Part shown: positions 10,598-22,438 of the stretch, piece by piece
Layout of the letters: each line of letters starts with the position of its first letter
Numbering within the stretch: position 1 is the stretch's first letter
Assembly: GCA_964427185.1 (NCBI GenBank)
Contig: CAYRSN010000003.1
Span: 307 to 64,306, forward strand
Source of the DNA: an uncultured Piscirickettsiaceae bacterium
Lineage (GTDB): Bacteria > Pseudomonadota > Gammaproteobacteria > Thiomicrospirales > Thiomicrospiraceae
DNA: 64,000 nucleotides
Reading direction: 5' to 3'
Notes under the pieces: generated by a model
Databases searched by the model: none
What the model was told of the DNA's origin: nothing
Seen by the model: the letters and a program-made list of their open reading frames with translations, nothing else
Made by a program: the position numbers and the translations under genes

Positions 10598-11914
10598 TCA
10601 CTTATTTAGCTTTGCTTTCTTCATCATACTTTCATACTGACTGCTCATTAGCTGGGCTTGAACCTGAGTCATAAAGTCCATCACCACAATCACAATAATG
10701 AGCAAGGACGTCCCTCCAAAATAGAAAGGAACATTCCAATAGAGAATCAAGAACTCAGGCAGCAAACAAACAGCTGTTATATACAGTGCTCCTGCCAGTG
10801 TCAGACGCTCCATAATTTTGTTAATATACCGGGCAGTCGCTTGACCCGGACGGATGCCTGGAATAAAAGCACCCGATTTTCTTAAGTTTTCTGCTGTCTC
10901 TCTCGGATCAAAAACAATCGCCGTATAGAAAAAACAAAAGAAAATAATCGCTAATGCATAAAGCAACACATACAGTGGCTGCCCCGGCGATAGCGTTGTG
11001 GCCAAGTCCTTAAGCCAGCCCATGCCTTCCGCACTACCGAACCACCCTGCAATAGTTGCAGGAAACAGGATAATGCTGGAAGCAAAAATAGGAGGAATCA
11101 CACCCGCCATATTGATTTTCAATGGCAGAAAACCTTCTTGGCCACCAAACATCTTCCTGCCACGCATCTGTTGCGCATACTGAATAGGAATACGACGTTG
11201 TGCACGTTCCACAAAAGCCACAAAAGCCGTTACAGCAATCACAAGCGCTAGCAGAACAAAGACCGTAATAGCATGGATACTGCCTGTTCGCACCTGCTCC
11301 AGGGTTCCGCCTAAAGCAGCCGGCAATCCAGCGACAATCCCGGCAAAAATAATGATAGAGATACCATTCCCCAGCCCTCGCTCGGTGATCTGCTCCCCTA
11401 ACCACATCAGGAAAACAGTTCCAGCAACCAATGTTGAGACAGCAATCACTTTAAAAGTAAAGCCGGGGTCAATGACCACACCGTGGCCACCGATATTTTG
11501 AGACTCAAGGGCTACCGCAATACCCAAGCCTTGAAAAGTCGCCAAAACCACAGTGCCCAGTCGGGTATATTTGGTTAACTTACGCTTACCAGCCTCACCT
11601 TCCTTGCGCCACTGTGACATCACAGGCGAAATATGACTAAGCAACTGAACAATAATCGCTGCTGAAATATAAGGCATGATCCCGAGCGCAAATACGGAAA
11701 GACGCTCTAAGGCACCCCCTGAAAACATATTGAACATGTCCAGAATGGTGCCTTTTTGCTGTTCAAACATTGCCGCCAATGCTTCCGGATCAATGCCTGG
11801 AACAGGCACATGGGCACCCAAGCGAAAAACGATGATCGCACCCAGTACAAACCAGATGCGCTTCATCAATTCGCTCATTGCTTTCGCCTGACCTGAGTCA
11901 ATCGCTGGATTCAT
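10598..11914 (-). CDS. secY: Preprotein translocase subunit SecY
   Basis: 438 aa with 10 hydrophobic segments and conserved motifs ([40 protein letters not shown]). Sits in the canonical position after rplO. Confidence 0.97.
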   Translation of the reverse strand: MNPAIDSGQAKAMSELMKRIWFVLGAIIVFRLGAHVPVPGIDPEALAAMFEQQKGTILDMFNMFSGGALERLSVFALGIMPYISAAIIVQLLSHISPVMSQWRKEGEAGKRKLTKYTRLGTVVLATFQGLGIAVALESQNIGGHGVVIDPGFTFKVIAVSTLVAGTVFLMWLGEQITERGLGNGISIIIFAGIVAGLPAALGGTLEQVRTGSIHAITVFVLLALVIAVTAFVAFVERAQRRIPIQYAQQMRGRKMFGGQEGFLPLKINMAGVIPPIFASSIILFPATIAGWFGSAEGMGWLKDLATTLSPGQPLYVLLYALAIIFFCFFYTAIVFDPRETAENLRKSGAFIPGIRPGQATARYINKIMERLTLAGALYITAVCLLPEFLILYWNVPFYFGGTSLLIIVIVVMDFMTQVQAQLMSSQYESMMKKAKLNK

Positions 11915-11918
11915 AGTC

Positions 11919-12353
11919 TTAAACTTCTACACTACCACCAGCAGCCTCAATTGCAGCTTTCGCACCTTTCGTACAAGGAATACCTACAACTTTTACAGGC
12001 TTGCTGAGTTCACCAGAAAGGATGATTTTGACAAACAACACATTCTCATTCACAACGTTCGCCGCTTTCAAGGCTGCCAAGTCGATCACTTCCGCATCTA
12101 CGCGATTCAGTTCATCCAGACGAACCTCGTCACGACGCTGGGATTTCAGTGATTTAAAACCAAACTTGGGCAGACGACGCTGGATAGGCATTTGCCCACC
12201 CTCAAAGCCAACTTTATGGTATCCGCCAGAACGTGACTTCTGGCCTTTGTGACCGCGGCCACCCATTTTACCCAAGCCTGAACCTGGTCCGCGTCCTACA
12301 CGCTTTTTAGCCTTTTTGGCGCCTTCAGCAGGTTTCAGAGTATTCAAACGCAT
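11919..12353 (-). CDS. rplO: 50S ribosomal protein L15
   Basis: Starts [43 protein letters not shown]. Confidence 0.97.
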   Translation of the reverse strand: MRLNTLKPAEGAKKAKKRVGRGPGSGLGKMGGRGHKGQKSRSGGYHKVGFEGGQMPIQRRLPKFGFKSLKSQRRDEVRLDELNRVDAEVIDLAALKAANVVNENVLFVKIILSGELSKPVKVVGIPCTKGAKAAIEAAGGSVEV

Positions 12354-12354
12354 C

Positions 12355-12540
12355 TTAAGCTTCCTCTACTTTTAGAAGGTAGGCTACTTTATTGATCATG
12401 CCTCGATTTTCAGGCGTATCAATCACCTCAACAGTCTGATGCATTTTGCGCAGACCTAAACCTTTCACACATGCTTTATGCTTAGGCAAACGTCCAATCA
12501 GACTTTTAATCAATGTTACTTTGATTTTTTTATCTGCCAT
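12355..12540 (-). CDS. rpmD: 50S ribosomal protein L30
   Basis: 61 aa. Reads [35 protein letters not shown]. Confidence 0.95.
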   Translation of the reverse strand: MADKKIKVTLIKSLIGRLPKHKACVKGLGLRKMHQTVEVIDTPENRGMINKVAYLLKVEEA

Positions 12541-12542
12541 GA

Positions 12543-13052
12543 TTATTCACCTACAATTTCATCAACGCTCTTACCGCGTTTTGCCGCAACAGCTTCGGGA
12601 CTACTCATAGAGGCCAGTGCATCTGCCGTTGCACGCACCACATTCACAGGGCGAGTCGTGCCCACGCATTTTGCCAATACATTCTTCACGCCTGCTGCTT
12701 CCAATACTGCACGCATCGCACCACCGGCGATAACACCTGTACCCTCCGAAGCAGGTAACATGATAATCTGAGCTGCCCCTTGCTTATAGTTAATGGGGTA
12801 ATATACCGTCCCATCATTCAAGCTTACTTTGCGCATGTTACGACGCGCTTTTTCCATTGCTTTTTTGATGGCAACCGGCACCTCTGCAGCTTTGGCATTG
12901 GCATAACCAACTCGTCCATTACCATCCCCTACCACGCACAAGGCTGAGAAGCCGAACACGCGACCGCCTTTTACTACTTTTGCAACGCGCCGGACAGAAA
13001 CAAGCTTCTCAATCAACTGTTCCTGATTTTCTTTCATTTCATGTGAAGCCAT
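12543..13052 (-). CDS. rpsE: 30S ribosomal protein S5
   Basis: Contains [42 protein letters not shown]. Confidence 0.97.
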   Translation of the reverse strand: MASHEMKENQEQLIEKLVSVRRVAKVVKGGRVFGFSALCVVGDGNGRVGYANAKAAEVPVAIKKAMEKARRNMRKVSLNDGTVYYPINYKQGAAQIIMLPASEGTGVIAGGAMRAVLEAAGVKNVLAKCVGTTRPVNVVRATADALASMSSPEAVAAKRGKSVDEIVGE

Positions 13053-13063
13053 ATCACACCCTT

Positions 13064-13417
13064 TTAAAATTCGAGTCCGTTTGCACGCGCAGCATCCGCT
13101 AACGCTTGCACACGACCATGATACTTAAATCCTGAGCGATCAAATGCAACCTTCGTTACACCCGCAGCCCGCGCCTTTTCCGCAATCGCCTTACCAACGA
13201 CTTCTGCCGCTGCTTTATTGCCCGTGGCCTGAAGATCACTCTTCAGGGTCTTATCCAGCGTTGAAGCAGATGCAAGTACTGTTGCACCATCCGCAGCAAT
13301 AACCTGTGCATAGATATGACGCGGGGTGCGATGCACACTTAAACGCGGCATGCCAAGGCGTTTAATATGACCGCGAGTTTTCCGCGCTCTACGCAAACGC
13401 GCTTTTCTCTTATCCAT
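13064..13417 (-). CDS. rplR: 50S ribosomal protein L18
   Basis: Contains [16 protein letters not shown]...[28 protein letters not shown]. Confidence 0.97.
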   Translation of the reverse strand: MDKRKARLRRARKTRGHIKRLGMPRLSVHRTPRHIYAQVIAADGATVLASASTLDKTLKSDLQATGNKAAAEVVGKAIAEKARAAGVTKVAFDRSGFKYHGRVQALADAARANGLEF

Positions 13418-13430
13418 TTCAATCCCTCAA

Positions 13431-13964
13431 TTATTTTTTCTTGGCTTCTTTACGCAGAATATATTCATCGGCATATCGAACACCTTTACCCTTATAAGGC
13501 TCTGGTGGACGATAAGCACGGATCTCTGCTGCAACCTGACCAACCAGCTGCTTATCAGCACCTTTCAGTACAATCTCTGTTTGGCTTGGTGTTTCTGCGG
13601 TCACACCTTCTGGCAACTCATGCACAACAGGGTGTGAAAAACCAAGTGTCAGGTTAAGTTTATTACCCTGAGCTTGTGCACGGTAACCCACACCTACCAG
13701 CTGAAGCTTCTTTTCAAAGCCGCTTGTCACACCAATGATCATGTTATTAACAATTGAGCGTGCAGTTCCAGCCTGAGCCCAGCCATTGCTATAGCCTTCT
13801 TTAGGCGCAAAAATCACTTTATTTTCTTCTACACTAATGGCAACGGCGTCATTGAAGCGTTTGGTCATTGTGGCTTTAGGACCTTTAACAGTCACTGTTT
13901 GCCCATCAAGCTTAACCTCAACACCTGCTGGAATTGCGACAGGAGATTTTGCTATACGTGACAT
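13431..13964 (-). CDS. rplF: 50S ribosomal protein L6
   Basis: Starts [31 protein letters not shown] and contains LVGVGYRA and [12 protein letters not shown]. Confidence 0.97.
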   Translation of the reverse strand: MSRIAKSPVAIPAGVEVKLDGQTVTVKGPKATMTKRFNDAVAISVEENKVIFAPKEGYSNGWAQAGTARSIVNNMIIGVTSGFEKKLQLVGVGYRAQAQGNKLNLTLGFSHPVVHELPEGVTAETPSQTEIVLKGADKQLVGQVAAEIRAYRPPEPYKGKGVRYADEYILRKEAKKK

Positions 13965-13974
13965 ACCTTACTCC

Positions 13975-14370
13975 TTACGCAACAGTGCAGACAACTTCAC
14001 CACCCAGCCCCTGTTTGCGGGCTTCATGGTCAGTCATCACACCTTTTGAGGTTGAAACAATTGCGATTCCCAAGCCACCCATCACTTTTGGCAGCTCATC
14101 CTTTTTCTTATAAACGCGCAATCCAGGGCGGCTTACTCGTTTCACTTCCTCAATCACAGGCTTACCTTGATAATACTTAAGCTTCACAATCAGCTCAGGC
14201 TTACCTGCATTATCAGAAACTTCATAGCCCTCAATATAGCCCTCTTTATGCATTACATCCAGAAGGGCTTTTTTAAGCTTGGAGCTTGCGACCTTAACTT
14301 TGTCATGACCAGCCATTTGCGCATTGCGAATGCGGGTCAACATATCTGCAATCGGATCAGACATACTCAT
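13975..14370 (-). CDS. rpsH: 30S ribosomal protein S8
   Basis: Starts [22 protein letters not shown] and ends [11 protein letters not shown]. Confidence 0.97.
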   Translation of the reverse strand: MSMSDPIADMLTRIRNAQMAGHDKVKVASSKLKKALLDVMHKEGYIEGYEVSDNAGKPELIVKLKYYQGKPVIEEVKRVSRPGLRVYKKKDELPKVMGGLGIAIVSTSKGVMTDHEARKQGLGGEVVCTVA

Positions 14371-14382
14371 AGTTTTATATCC

Positions 14383-14688
14383 TTACCAGCTCGCTTTCTT
14401 CAGACCAGGAATATCGCCCTGCATTCCGTGCAGACGAATCATATTCCGAGAAAGACCAAATTTTCTATAAACAGCATGTGGACGCCCAGTCAAACGGCAA
14501 CGACGCTGCACACGCACAGGAGAGGCATTACGTGGAAGCTTATTTAACGCTTCCAAGGCTGCCATCCGCTCTTCAAAGGGCAAACTCATATCATTCGCGA
14601 TTGCCTTTAACTTCGCACGTTTTTCAGCGTACTTTTGCACAGTTTTCATACGCTTGAGCTCACGCGCAATCATGGATTTCTTCGCCAT
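14383..14688 (-). CDS. rpsN: 30S ribosomal protein S14 (long, non-zinc form)
   Basis: Starts [20 protein letters not shown] and ends [39 protein letters not shown]. 101 aa. Confidence 0.97.
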   Translation of the reverse strand: MAKKSMIARELKRMKTVQKYAEKRAKLKAIANDMSLPFEERMAALEALNKLPRNASPVRVQRRCRLTGRPHAVYRKFGLSRNMIRLHGMQGDIPGLKKASW

Positions 14689-14696
14689 ATCGCACC

Positions 14697-15239
14697 TTAT
14701 TGCTTTTTAAATGGGAAATTAAACGCTTCCAAAAGCGCTTTTGCTTCTTCGTCAGATTTCGCTGTCGTAGAGATGCTGATATCCATCCCACGGATTGCAT
14801 CCACTTTCTCGAACTCAATCTCCGGAAAGATAATCTGCTCTTTAATGCCCATGTTGTAATTTCCACGTCCATCAAAAGACTTGGGGCTTACACCACGAAA
14901 ATCTCGAACACGAGGCAGCGCAATATTGATCAAACGATCTAAAAACTCGTACATGCGCTCACCACGCAATGTCACTTTACAACCGATCGGCCAACCTTCA
15001 CGAAGCTTAAAACCTGCCACAGATTTACGCGCAAGTGTTTTAATTGGCTTCTGGCCAGCAATCAACGCCATATCCGCCATCGCATGCTCCAGAAACTTTT
15101 TATCTCCCAGCGCTTCACCCACACCCATATTCAGAGTAATTTTGGTTACTTTTGGCACTTCCATTGGTGACTTGTAACCAAACTTCTCCATCAGTTTTGG
15201 CAGCACTTCTTCACGATATACTTTTTTTAATCTAGCCAT
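14697..15239 (-). CDS. rplE: 50S ribosomal protein L5
   Basis: Starts [43 protein letters not shown] and contains [17 protein letters not shown]. Confidence 0.97.
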   Translation of the reverse strand: MARLKKVYREEVLPKLMEKFGYKSPMEVPKVTKITLNMGVGEALGDKKFLEHAMADMALIAGQKPIKTLARKSVAGFKLREGWPIGCKVTLRGERMYEFLDRLINIALPRVRDFRGVSPKSFDGRGNYNMGIKEQIIFPEIEFEKVDAIRGMDISISTTAKSDEEAKALLEAFNFPFKKQ

Positions 15240-15250
15240 CCCATCAACCC

Positions 15251-15565
15251 TTATGCATCCACGGTCTTGCCGGTTGATTTAAAATAACGAACCTTTTTAT
15301 CCCCTTCAAGACGGTAACCAACACGGTCTCCCTTCCCTGTCTCAGGGTTAAATAACATGACATTGGAAGCATGAATAGGCATCTCTTTAGAAATGATGCC
15401 TCCCTGCTCTCCCGTCATAGGGTTCGGCTTAACATGTTTCTTTACAAGGTTAATGCCATCCACCAGGACACGACCATTTGCCAACACTTTGGAAACAGAG
15501 CCTCGCTTTCCTTTGTCCTTGCCGGCAATCACAATGACTTCGTCACCTTTCTTTAATCGATTCAT
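15251..15565 (-). CDS. rplX: 50S ribosomal protein L24
   Basis: Starts [24 protein letters not shown]. The ATG at 15565 sits about 8 nt after GGA. The listed ORF start at 15571 is a TTG two codons upstream. Confidence 0.95.
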   Translation of the reverse strand: MNRLKKGDEVIVIAGKDKGKRGSVSKVLANGRVLVDGINLVKKHVKPNPMTGEQGGIISKEMPIHASNVMLFNPETGKGDRVGYRLEGDKKVRYFKSTGKTVDA

Positions 15566-15575
15566 GATCAAATCC

Positions 15576-15944
15576 TTATAGTACTTCTGGCGCCAGAGAA
15601 ACGATTTTCATAAATTTATCATTTCTCAACTCACGCGTAACAGGACCGAAAATACGTGTGCCAATTGGCTCAAGCTTTTGGTTAAGCAGCACCGCTGCAT
15701 TTCCATCAAACTTGATCAATGAGCCATCTGGGCGACGAATGCCTTTAGCTGTTCTCACAACCACTGCATTGTAAACATCACCCTTTTTAACACGCCCTCG
15801 CGGCGTTGCTTCTTTGACAGAAACTTTAATAACATCACCAACAGACGCATAACGGCGCTTTGAACCGCCCAGCACCTTAATACACTGAACTTTTTTTGCA
15901 CCACTGTTGTCGGCAACATCAAGAACTGTTTGCATTTGAATCAT
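15576..15944 (-). CDS. rplN: 50S ribosomal protein L14
   Basis: Starts [33 protein letters not shown]. Confidence 0.97.
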   Translation of the reverse strand: MIQMQTVLDVADNSGAKKVQCIKVLGGSKRRYASVGDVIKVSVKEATPRGRVKKGDVYNAVVVRTAKGIRRPDGSLIKFDGNAAVLLNQKLEPIGTRIFGPVTRELRNDKFMKIVSLAPEVL

Positions 15945-15981
15945 AGCGGCACTCCACTTTCAACCGCAGGTTAAAAAAACA

Positions 15982-16010
15982 ATAATACACCAAAACCGCT
16001 AATTTGGCCA
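15982..16010 (-). promoter_or_regulatory. Putative spc-operon promoter in the 123-nt rpsQ-rplN gap
   Basis: The minus strand reads TGGCCA, a 17-nt spacer, then TATTAT, about 35 nt upstream of the rplN ATG. Hexamer reading only. Confidence 0.3.
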
Positions 16011-16067
16011 GTCCCTGAAAAACAGGCTTAACCAAAGAAGCGGGCAATGAATTAAATTATCTATTAT

Positions 16068-16328
16068 TTATCGAGCAGCGCGCTGATCGATACTAACTAA
16101 TTTCCAAGTCTTATGCTTAGAGATCGGACGACTTTCTACAACCGTAACCGTATCTCCTACCTGACACTCATTATTTTCATCATGCGCCATTATTTTAGTC
16201 GATTTGCGCACAAACTTCTTGTATTTAGGGTGTTTTACATAACGGTCAACACGCACAACAATGGATTTGTCCATTCCATTGGAAACAACCACACCCTTTG
16301 CTGTATGGGCTTGCTTTTGCTCACTCAT
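16068..16328 (-). CDS. rpsQ: 30S ribosomal protein S17
   Basis: Starts [40 protein letters not shown]. The ATG at 16328 begins right after the rpmC stop. The listed start at 16337 is an upstream GTG inside rpmC. Confidence 0.95.
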   Translation of the reverse strand: MSEQKQAHTAKGVVVSNGMDKSIVVRVDRYVKHPKYKKFVRKSTKIMAHDENNECQVGDTVTVVESRPISKHKTWKLVSIDQRAAR

Positions 16329-16329
16329 C

Positions 16330-16521
16330 TTATGCACCTACCTTTCCACAAATCAAGGTCTTTACGCGAGCAATATCACGACGCACCTTACGCAGTTCAG
16401 CCGTATTTTTCAGCTGACCTGTTGCATGCTGCATTCTCAGGTTAAACTGATTTTTACGCAGATCACTCAGCACCTCGTTCAGCTCACTTACCGATTTTTC
16501 ACGCAATGTTTTGATATCCAT
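16330..16521 (-). CDS. rpmC: 50S ribosomal protein L29
   Basis: 63 aa. Reads [35 protein letters not shown]. Confidence 0.95.
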   Translation of the reverse strand: MDIKTLREKSVSELNEVLSDLRKNQFNLRMQHATGQLKNTAELRKVRRDIARVKTLICGKVGA

Positions 16522-16522
16522 C

Positions 16523-16936
16523 TTACATCACCGATCTAATTACAAATTGCGTTTTAACAGGTAGCTTTGCTGCCGCCAGTTCAAAAGCACGACGTGCTAC
16601 AGACTCATCCACTCCCTGCATTTCGAACAGGACACGGCCAGGCTGAACTTCTGCAACCCAATATTCAACGCTACCTTTACCTTTACCCATTCGCACTTCC
16701 AAAGGCTTCTGAGTAATGGGCTTGTCCGGAAAAATCCGAATCCAAATTTTAGCACCACGTCTAACATGACGCGTCATTGCACGACGAGCAGCTTCGATTT
16801 GACGCGAAGTGATCCGGCCACGCTCTAGGGACTTAAGCCCAAACTCTCCAAAGCTAACTTTATTTCCAGCCTGTGCCAGCCCTCTATTACGGCCTTTCTG
16901 CACTTTTCTATATTTTGTTCTCTTAGGCATCAACAT
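16523..16936 (-). CDS. rplP: 50S ribosomal protein L16
   Basis: [19 protein letters not shown] aligns with the E. coli start MLQPKRTKFRK. The listed ORF starts two codons earlier, at 16942. Confidence 0.96.
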   Translation of the reverse strand: MLMPKRTKYRKVQKGRNRGLAQAGNKVSFGEFGLKSLERGRITSRQIEAARRAMTRHVRRGAKIWIRIFPDKPITQKPLEVRMGKGKGSVEYWVAEVQPGRVLFEMQGVDESVARRAFELAAAKLPVKTQFVIRSVM

Positions 16937-16948
16937 AGCCAATTCCCC

Positions 16949-17656
16949 TTATCTACGACCCTTGCGGCCTTTTTGTTCACGGCGCCCACCTTTTTTATCT
17001 TCTGGCTTATGAAGATTAAGAGGGAGTTTTCCTAGCCGTTCACCTTTAAAGATCCATACCTTAATACCAATCTTGCCATAAGTGGTATCCGCCTCTGACG
17101 TTGCATAATCTATATCAGCGCGGAAGGTATGCAGGGGAACACGACCTTCTCTATACCATTCAGTCCGTGCAATCTCTGCCCCGTTCAAGCGCCCTGAAAC
17201 CATCACCTTGATGCCTTCAGCGCCCAAGCGCATGGCATTACCCACTGCTCGCTTCATGGCTCGACGAAACATTATGCGCTTTTCAAGCTGCTCAGCAATG
17301 CTATCTGCAACCAACTTTGCATCCAGCTCCGGCTTTTTGATTTCATAAATATCAATATTAACTGGCAAGCCAGTTTTTGCGACAAGATCACCTTTCAAGC
17401 GCTCAATATCTTCACCCTTTTTGCCAATCACAACACCAGGGCGAGCCGTAAAGATCGTCAATCTCAAGCCATTAGCAACCCGCTCAATATGAACCTTGCT
17501 CACGCTGGCTTGCGCCAAGCGCTTCATAATATAGTTGCGGATCTCAATATCACTCAGCAAATAATCAGAAAAACTTTTGCTGTCGGCAAACCAACGCGCA
17601 TTCCAGTCCTTAGTAATGCCTAAACGAATGCCGACCGGATGTACTTTTTGTCCCAT
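16949..17656 (-). CDS. rpsC: 30S ribosomal protein S3
   Basis: Starts [24 protein letters not shown], has the KH domain, and ends in a basic C-terminal tail. Confidence 0.97.
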   Translation of the reverse strand: MGQKVHPVGIRLGITKDWNARWFADSKSFSDYLLSDIEIRNYIMKRLAQASVSKVHIERVANGLRLTIFTARPGVVIGKKGEDIERLKGDLVAKTGLPVNIDIYEIKKPELDAKLVADSIAEQLEKRIMFRRAMKRAVGNAMRLGAEGIKVMVSGRLNGAEIARTEWYREGRVPLHTFRADIDYATSEADTTYGKIGIKVWIFKGERLGKLPLNLHKPEDKKGGRREQKGRKGRR

Positions 17657-17667
17657 TTCAATACTCC

Positions 17668-18009
17668 TTACTTGTCACCAACTGTGACAGTCAAATGACT
17701 GGTACGCTTCAAAATCCGGTTTGCACGCCCTTTGGCGCGCGCGCGCAAACGTTTAAGACGAGGGCCTTCATTGACATAAGCGGAAGTCACCTTAAGCTCA
17801 TCAATATCCGCACCTTCATTGTTTTCCGCATTGGAGATCGCACTCTGCAGTACCTTATAAAAAAGCTTGGCAGCCTTTTGATCACTGAAGGCTAAGATAT
17901 TAACTGCTTCCTCCGCACTCTTTCCGCGAATAAGGTCTGCAACCAGACGAGCCTTTTGCGGAGAGATGCGGGCAAAACGATGTGTTGCACTTACTTGCAT
18001 AGTCATCAC
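17668..18009 (-). CDS. rplV: 50S ribosomal protein L22
   Basis: Contains [23 protein letters not shown]. The start is ambiguous between 18009 and 18000 (MMTM). Confidence 0.95.
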   Translation of the reverse strand: MMTMQVSATHRFARISPQKARLVADLIRGKSAEEAVNILAFSDQKAAKLFYKVLQSAISNAENNEGADIDELKVTSAYVNEGPRLKRLRARAKGRANRILKRTSHLTVTVGDK

Positions 18010-18012
18010 TCC

Positions 18013-18291
18013 TTAACACTTCTTGGCTTTCTTATCGGCTGCATGACCACGGAAAGTACGCGTCATGGAAAACTCACCGAGTTTGTGGCCAACCATATTT
18101 TCTGAAATATAAACCGGCACATGCTCCCGGCCATTATGAACAGCGATGGTCAGACCAATCATTTCTGGAATAATCATTGAACGACGAGACCAGGTCTTGA
18201 TTGGACGCTTATCGCCAGATTCTTGTGCCTGCATCACTTTTTTCATTAAGTGATGATCTATAAATGGACCTTTTTTAACTGAACGTGGCAT
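18013..18291 (-). CDS. rpsS: 30S ribosomal protein S19
   Basis: Starts [19 protein letters not shown] and contains [17 protein letters not shown]. Confidence 0.97.
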   Translation of the reverse strand: MPRSVKKGPFIDHHLMKKVMQAQESGDKRPIKTWSRRSMIIPEMIGLTIAVHNGREHVPVYISENMVGHKLGEFSMTRTFRGHAADKKAKKC

Positions 18292-18302
18292 AGTGTCCTT
18301 CC

Positions 18303-19133
18303 TTACTTAGCATTGCGACGGCGAACAATCATCTTGTCCGTACGCTTATTCTTACGAGTTTTCTTGCCTTTTGTCGGCACACCCCAAGGTGTAACAGGAT
18401 GACGGCCACCAGAGGTGCGCCCTTCACCACCACCATGCGGGTGATCAACCGGGTTCATTGCAACACCGCGTACCGTTGGGCGGATGCCACGCCAACGACT
18501 TGCACCGGCCTTCCCAAGTTTACGCAAGTTATGCTCAGAGTTACCAACTTCGCCAATCGTGGCTCGACACTCTGCAAGCACCTTACGCATCTCACCGGAA
18601 CGCAGACGCACCAGTACATACTTACCTTCCTTACCCACCAACTGCGCAGAAGCCCCGGCACTACGTGCAATCTGGGCACCTTTACCCGGACGTAACTCAA
18701 TAGCATGAATAACAGTACCTACAGGAATATTGCGCAATGGCAAGGTGTTGCCCACTTTAATCGGCGCATCATCACCCGAAACCACTTGATCACCGGCTTT
18801 CAGATTCTTCGCCGCCAAAATATAACGACGCTCACCATCTGCATACTTAATCAATGCAATATGCGCTGTACGGTTTGGATCATACTCCAAACGTTCTACA
18901 ACTCCCGGCACACCATCTTTATTCCGCTTAAAGTCAATAATTCGATACTGCTGTTTATGACCGCCACCATGATGTCGCACGGTAATACGACCATAGTTAT
19001 TGCGACCGCCTTTTTTTGTTTTCTTCTCCAACAAAGGCGCATAAGGTTTACCTTTGTGCAAGCTAGGCTCTACAACACTAACAACAAAACGGCGACCCGG
19101 GGAGGTAGGCTTTGCTTTTTTAATAATTGCCAT
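18303..19133 (-). CDS. rplB: 50S ribosomal protein L2
   Basis: Contains [30 protein letters not shown] and [12 protein letters not shown]. Confidence 0.97.
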   Translation of the reverse strand: MAIIKKAKPTSPGRRFVVSVVEPSLHKGKPYAPLLEKKTKKGGRNNYGRITVRHHGGGHKQQYRIIDFKRNKDGVPGVVERLEYDPNRTAHIALIKYADGERRYILAAKNLKAGDQVVSGDDAPIKVGNTLPLRNIPVGTVIHAIELRPGKGAQIARSAGASAQLVGKEGKYVLVRLRSGEMRKVLAECRATIGEVGNSEHNLRKLGKAGASRWRGIRPTVRGVAMNPVDHPHGGGEGRTSGGRHPVTPWGVPTKGKKTRKNKRTDKMIVRRRNAK

Positions 19134-19144
19134 CTGATTACTCC

Positions 19145-19441
19145 TTACTCTCCGCCAATCACATCAATTTCCTGCCCAGGCATCAGACGAATCACAGCTT
19201 TTCTAATGCCTGAACGACGACCTGGGCGGCCACGGAAAAATTTCTGCTTACCCTTAATGTTAATCACATTAACCGACTTCACCTTCACATCAAACAGTGC
19301 CTCTACTGCTTCTTTAATTTCAGGCTTTGTCGCTGAGGGCGCCACTTTAAATACATACTGATCTGCCTTTTCCGCCAGCAGGGCACTTTTTTCTGAGATA
19401 TGAGGCGCTAGCAAAATCTGATAGACTTTCTCTCTTTTCAT
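19145..19441 (-). CDS. rplW: 50S ribosomal protein L23
   Basis: Contains [24 protein letters not shown] and VNVINIKGK. Overlaps rplD by 4 nt. Confidence 0.96.
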   Translation of the reverse strand: MKREKVYQILLAPHISEKSALLAEKADQYVFKVAPSATKPEIKEAVEALFDVKVKSVNVINIKGKQKFFRGRPGRRSGIRKAVIRLMPGQEIDVIGGE

Positions 19442-20058
19442 GCGAGCTTCTCCTCAAGCTGTTTCAATGCACCCTGCGTCATCACAACGGTTTCATAACC
19501 AATCAGACTTACAGGATCTACACCTTCAACGTCAGTGGCAGCAGCATTGTAGAGGTTGCGAGACGCCAAAAAAACATTCTCATCAAAGGCCTCTGTCACC
19601 ACCAGCACATCCTTCACCCCCAACTGCTTCATTTTTTCAACAAACTGCTTAGTTTTAGGGGCTTCCAATTTAAAATCATCTACCACTTTAAGACGATCGT
19701 TACGCGCCAACTCAGACAAAATGGCACGCATCGCTGCACGATACATCTTTTTATTAACTTTCTGAGCATAACTTCTCGGCTTATTAGGAAAGGCTCGCCC
19801 GCCCCCTACCCAAATAGGGCTACGAATCGTACCTGCACGCGCACGTCCTGTTCCTTTCTGACGCCACGGCTTTGCTCCTCCACCGCTGACTTCAGAGCGA
19901 TTCTTTTGAGCTTTAGTGCCCGCACGCGCTTTGGCCATATAAGCCGTTACAACCTGGTGCACCAGAGGCTCATTAAAGGTTGCCGCAAACACCGCATCAT
20001 TAACACTTAAAGCTTCAGAAGCCTCACCTGTATTAGAGTTAATTACCTTAATATCCAT
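19438..20058 (-). CDS. rplD: 50S ribosomal protein L4
   Basis: Contains [42 protein letters not shown]. Confidence 0.97.
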   Translation of the reverse strand: MDIKVINSNTGEASEALSVNDAVFAATFNEPLVHQVVTAYMAKARAGTKAQKNRSEVSGGGAKPWRQKGTGRARAGTIRSPIWVGGGRAFPNKPRSYAQKVNKKMYRAAMRAILSELARNDRLKVVDDFKLEAPKTKQFVEKMKQLGVKDVLVVTEAFDENVFLASRNLYNAAATDVEGVDPVSLIGYETVVMTQGALKQLEEKLA

Positions 20059-20064
20059 AATCGC

Positions 20065-20706
20065 TTACCCCTTGATCGCTTTACGCACGACAACCATGCT
20101 GCCATTCGCACCAGGGACTGCACCTTTAACGAGAACCAAACCATCTTCCACATCCACCTTAACAACTTTAAGGTTCAGTGTAGTTTGACGCTCATTTCCC
20201 ATATGACCAGCCATTTTCTTACCTTTAAAAACACGCCCGGGCGTTTGGTTCTGCCCAATGGAACCTGGTGCACGGTGCGACAAGGAGTTACCATGTGTAG
20301 CATCCTGAGTACGGAAGTTATGACGCTTTACGCCGCCCTGAAAGCCCTTCCCTTTCGTGACACCTGTCACATCAACCTTTTCCACTTCAGCCAGCTTTTC
20401 AACTGTCAGCTCCGACCCAAGCTCAAGCCCTTCCAGTTCCGCTTCTGTCTCAACACGGAACTCCCATAGACCCACACCTGCTTCGGTGCCAGCCTTGGCA
20501 TAATGACCAGAAAGCGGCTTATTTACGCGACCCGGATGTTTTTTTCCTGTGGTGACCTGAACAGCTGCGTAACCATCTACTTCAGGCGTCTTAATCTGTG
20601 TAACACGATTAGGCTCAACCTGAATCACCGTAACAGGCACAGAAATACCGTCCTCGTCAAACACGCGGGTCATGCCGATTTTCTTACCGACAACACCAAT
20701 TGCCAT
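20065..20706 (-). CDS. rplC: 50S ribosomal protein L3
   Basis: Starts [25 protein letters not shown] lies 9 nt before the ATG at 20706. The listed ORF starts two codons earlier. Confidence 0.96.
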   Translation of the reverse strand: MAIGVVGKKIGMTRVFDEDGISVPVTVIQVEPNRVTQIKTPEVDGYAAVQVTTGKKHPGRVNKPLSGHYAKAGTEAGVGLWEFRVETEAELEGLELGSELTVEKLAEVEKVDVTGVTKGKGFQGGVKRHNFRTQDATHGNSLSHRAPGSIGQNQTPGRVFKGKKMAGHMGNERQTTLNLKVVKVDVEDGLVLVKGAVPGANGSMVVVRKAIKG

Positions 20707-20775
20707 AACCATTCATCCTCATTGTTATTTTTGGCCAGTCATTACGATTGATGACTGACACAACATGCACTTAAA

Positions 20776-21087
20776 TCAGTGCAACTCAATTTTCACATCG
20801 ACACCAGCAGCCAAATCCAACTTCATTAACGCATCAACCGTTTTGTCTGTCGGATCAACGATATCTAAAAGACGCTTATGCGTACGAATCTCATATTGAT
20901 CACGCGCATCCTTATTGACGTGAGGAGAGATCAGTACCGTATAGCGCTCTTTACGGGTTGGCAAAGGAATCGGACCATGCACTTGAGCCCCAGTCCGCTT
21001 TGCTGTTTCCGCAATCTCTTTGGCTGACTGATCAATCAGTCGATGATCAAAAGCCTTTAAACGAATACGTATATTTTGTGCAGCCAT
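20776..21087 (-). CDS. rpsJ: 30S ribosomal protein S10
   Basis: Starts [25 protein letters not shown] and contains RTHKRLLDI. Confidence 0.97.
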   Translation of the reverse strand: MAAQNIRIRLKAFDHRLIDQSAKEIAETAKRTGAQVHGPIPLPTRKERYTVLISPHVNKDARDQYEIRTHKRLLDIVDPTDKTVDALMKLDLAAGVDVKIELH

Positions 21088-21110
21088 ACCACAACTCTTA
21101 AGTTTGTGAA

Positions 21111-21137
21111 AACAAAAGCAGCGGCCAAGCCGCTGCT
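21111..21137 (-). terminator. Intrinsic-terminator hairpin in the S10 leader (attenuator-type)
   Basis: The minus strand reads GCAGCGGC-TTG-GCCGCTGC, an 8-bp GC-rich stem, followed by TTTTGTTTT. It ends 24 nt before the rpsJ ATG and lies downstream of the promoter at 21152-21180. Confidence 0.6.
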
Positions 21138-21151
21138 ATTCAGGGTTGCGA

Positions 21152-21180
21152 ATTATAACTCAGCGTTTACGCCTTTTCAA
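21152..21180 (-). promoter_or_regulatory. Putative S10-operon sigma70 promoter
   Basis: The minus strand reads TTGAAA, a 17-nt spacer, then a perfect TATAAT, between the tuf stop and the S10 leader hairpin. Confidence 0.5.
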
Positions 21181-21210
21181 TAACAACCCGTTGTTTTTGT
21201 TAAAAAATGA

Positions 21211-22401
21211 TCACTCGATCACTTTAGCAACAACACCTGCGCCAACGGTGCGACCGCCTTCACGGATCGCAAAACGCAGACCTTCGTCCATCGCGATTGG
21301 AGCAATCAGCTCTACTGACATCTGAACGTTGTCACCAGGCATGACCATTTCTACACCTTCTGGTAGTTGACATGCACCGGTTACGTCTGTTGTACGGAAG
21401 TAGAACTGTGGACGGTAGCCATTGAAGAATGGGGTGTGACGACCACCTTCTTCTTTGGTCAGCACGTATACTTCTGCTTCGAATTTGGTGTGTGGATTGA
21501 TGGTGCCTGGCTGTGCCAGTACCTGGCCACGCTCTACTTCTTCACGCTTGGTGCCACGCAGTAGCACACCTACGTTATCACCCGCCACGCCTTCGTCCAG
21601 AAGTTTACGGAACATTTCTACACCGGTTACGGTGGTCTTTTGTGTTGGACGAATACCTACGATTTCTACTTCGTCACCTACACGAACGATACCGGTTTCA
21701 ATACGACCGGTTACTACGGTACCACGTCCCTGGATGGAGAATACGTCTTCAATCGGCATCAAGAACGGCTTGTCTGTGTCACGCTCTGGGGTCGGGATGT
21801 ATTCGTCCATGGCGTTAACCAGACGCTCAATGGAGGGCTCTCCAATCTCTGAGGTGTCACCTTCAATGGCTTTCAGGGCTGAACCTGTAATAACAGGAAC
21901 ATCGTCTCCGGGGAAGTCGTATTCGCTCAGTAGTTCACGCACTTCCATTTCAACCAGTTCGAGCAGCTCTTCGTCGTCTACCATGTCTGCTTTGTTGAGG
22001 TATACGACGATGTAAGGTACACCTACCTGACGAGATAGCAGGATGTGTTCACGGGTCTGTGGCATAGGACCATCTGCTGCTGACACAACCAGGATGGCAC
22101 CATCCATCTGGGCTGCACCTGTGATCATGTTTTTGACGTAGTCGGCGTGACCCGGACAGTCTACGTGGGCGTAGTGACGATTCTCTGATTCGTATTCTAC
22201 GTGTGCTGTAGAGATGGTAATACCACGCGCACGCTCTTCCGGTGCGTTGTCAATCTGGTCGTATGCTTTGGTTTCACCACCAAATTTCTTGCCCTGAACA
22301 ATGGTCAGTGCCGCTGTCAGTGTGGTCTTGCCGTGGTCTACGTGACCAATTGTGCCCACGTTTACGTGGGGTTTCGTACGCTCAAACTTTTCCTTTGCCA
22401 T
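21211..22401 (-). CDS. tuf: Elongation factor Tu (copy downstream of fusA)
   Basis: 396 aa. Starts [27 protein letters not shown] and contains DCPGH and NKAD. TGA stop. Confidence 0.98.
   Translation of the reverse strand: MAKEKFERTKPHVNVGTIGHVDHGKTTLTAALTIVQGKKFGGETKAYDQIDNAPEERARGITISTAHVEYESENRHYAHVDCPGHADYVKNMITGAAQMDGAILVVSAADGPMPQTREHILLSRQVGVPYIVVYLNKADMVDDEELLELVEMEVRELLSEYDFPGDDVPVITGSALKAIEGDTSEIGEPSIERLVNAMDEYIPTPERDTDKPFLMPIEDVFSIQGRGTVVTGRIETGIVRVGDEVEIVGIRPTQKTTVTGVEMFRKLLDEGVAGDNVGVLLRGTKREEVERGQVLAQPGTINPHTKFEAEVYVLTKEEGGRHTPFFNGYRPQFYFRTTDVTGACQLPEGVEMVMPGDNVQMSVELIAPIAMDEGLRFAIREGGRTVGAGVVAKVIE
21214..22401 (-). repeat. 1188-nt segment that appears nucleotide-identical to 37610..38797 (tuf coding sequence only)
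   Basis: The proteins are identical. All overlapping alternative-frame ORF translations are identical between the two loci. Visual comparison of both ends and the middle found no mismatch. Identity stops at the start codon and at the stop codon. Confidence 0.85.
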
Positions 22402-22438
22402 AGCTTATTACCTCTTTTAGCAAAAATTAAATTTAAAA

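Noticed and set aside
21455-22015. A 186-aa Ser/Thr/Pro-rich ORF present in two identical copies (also at 37851-38411), which could look like a conserved hidden gene.
   Set aside because: The identity is a by-product of the exact tuf duplication. The ORF is antisense to tuf and compositionally implausible.
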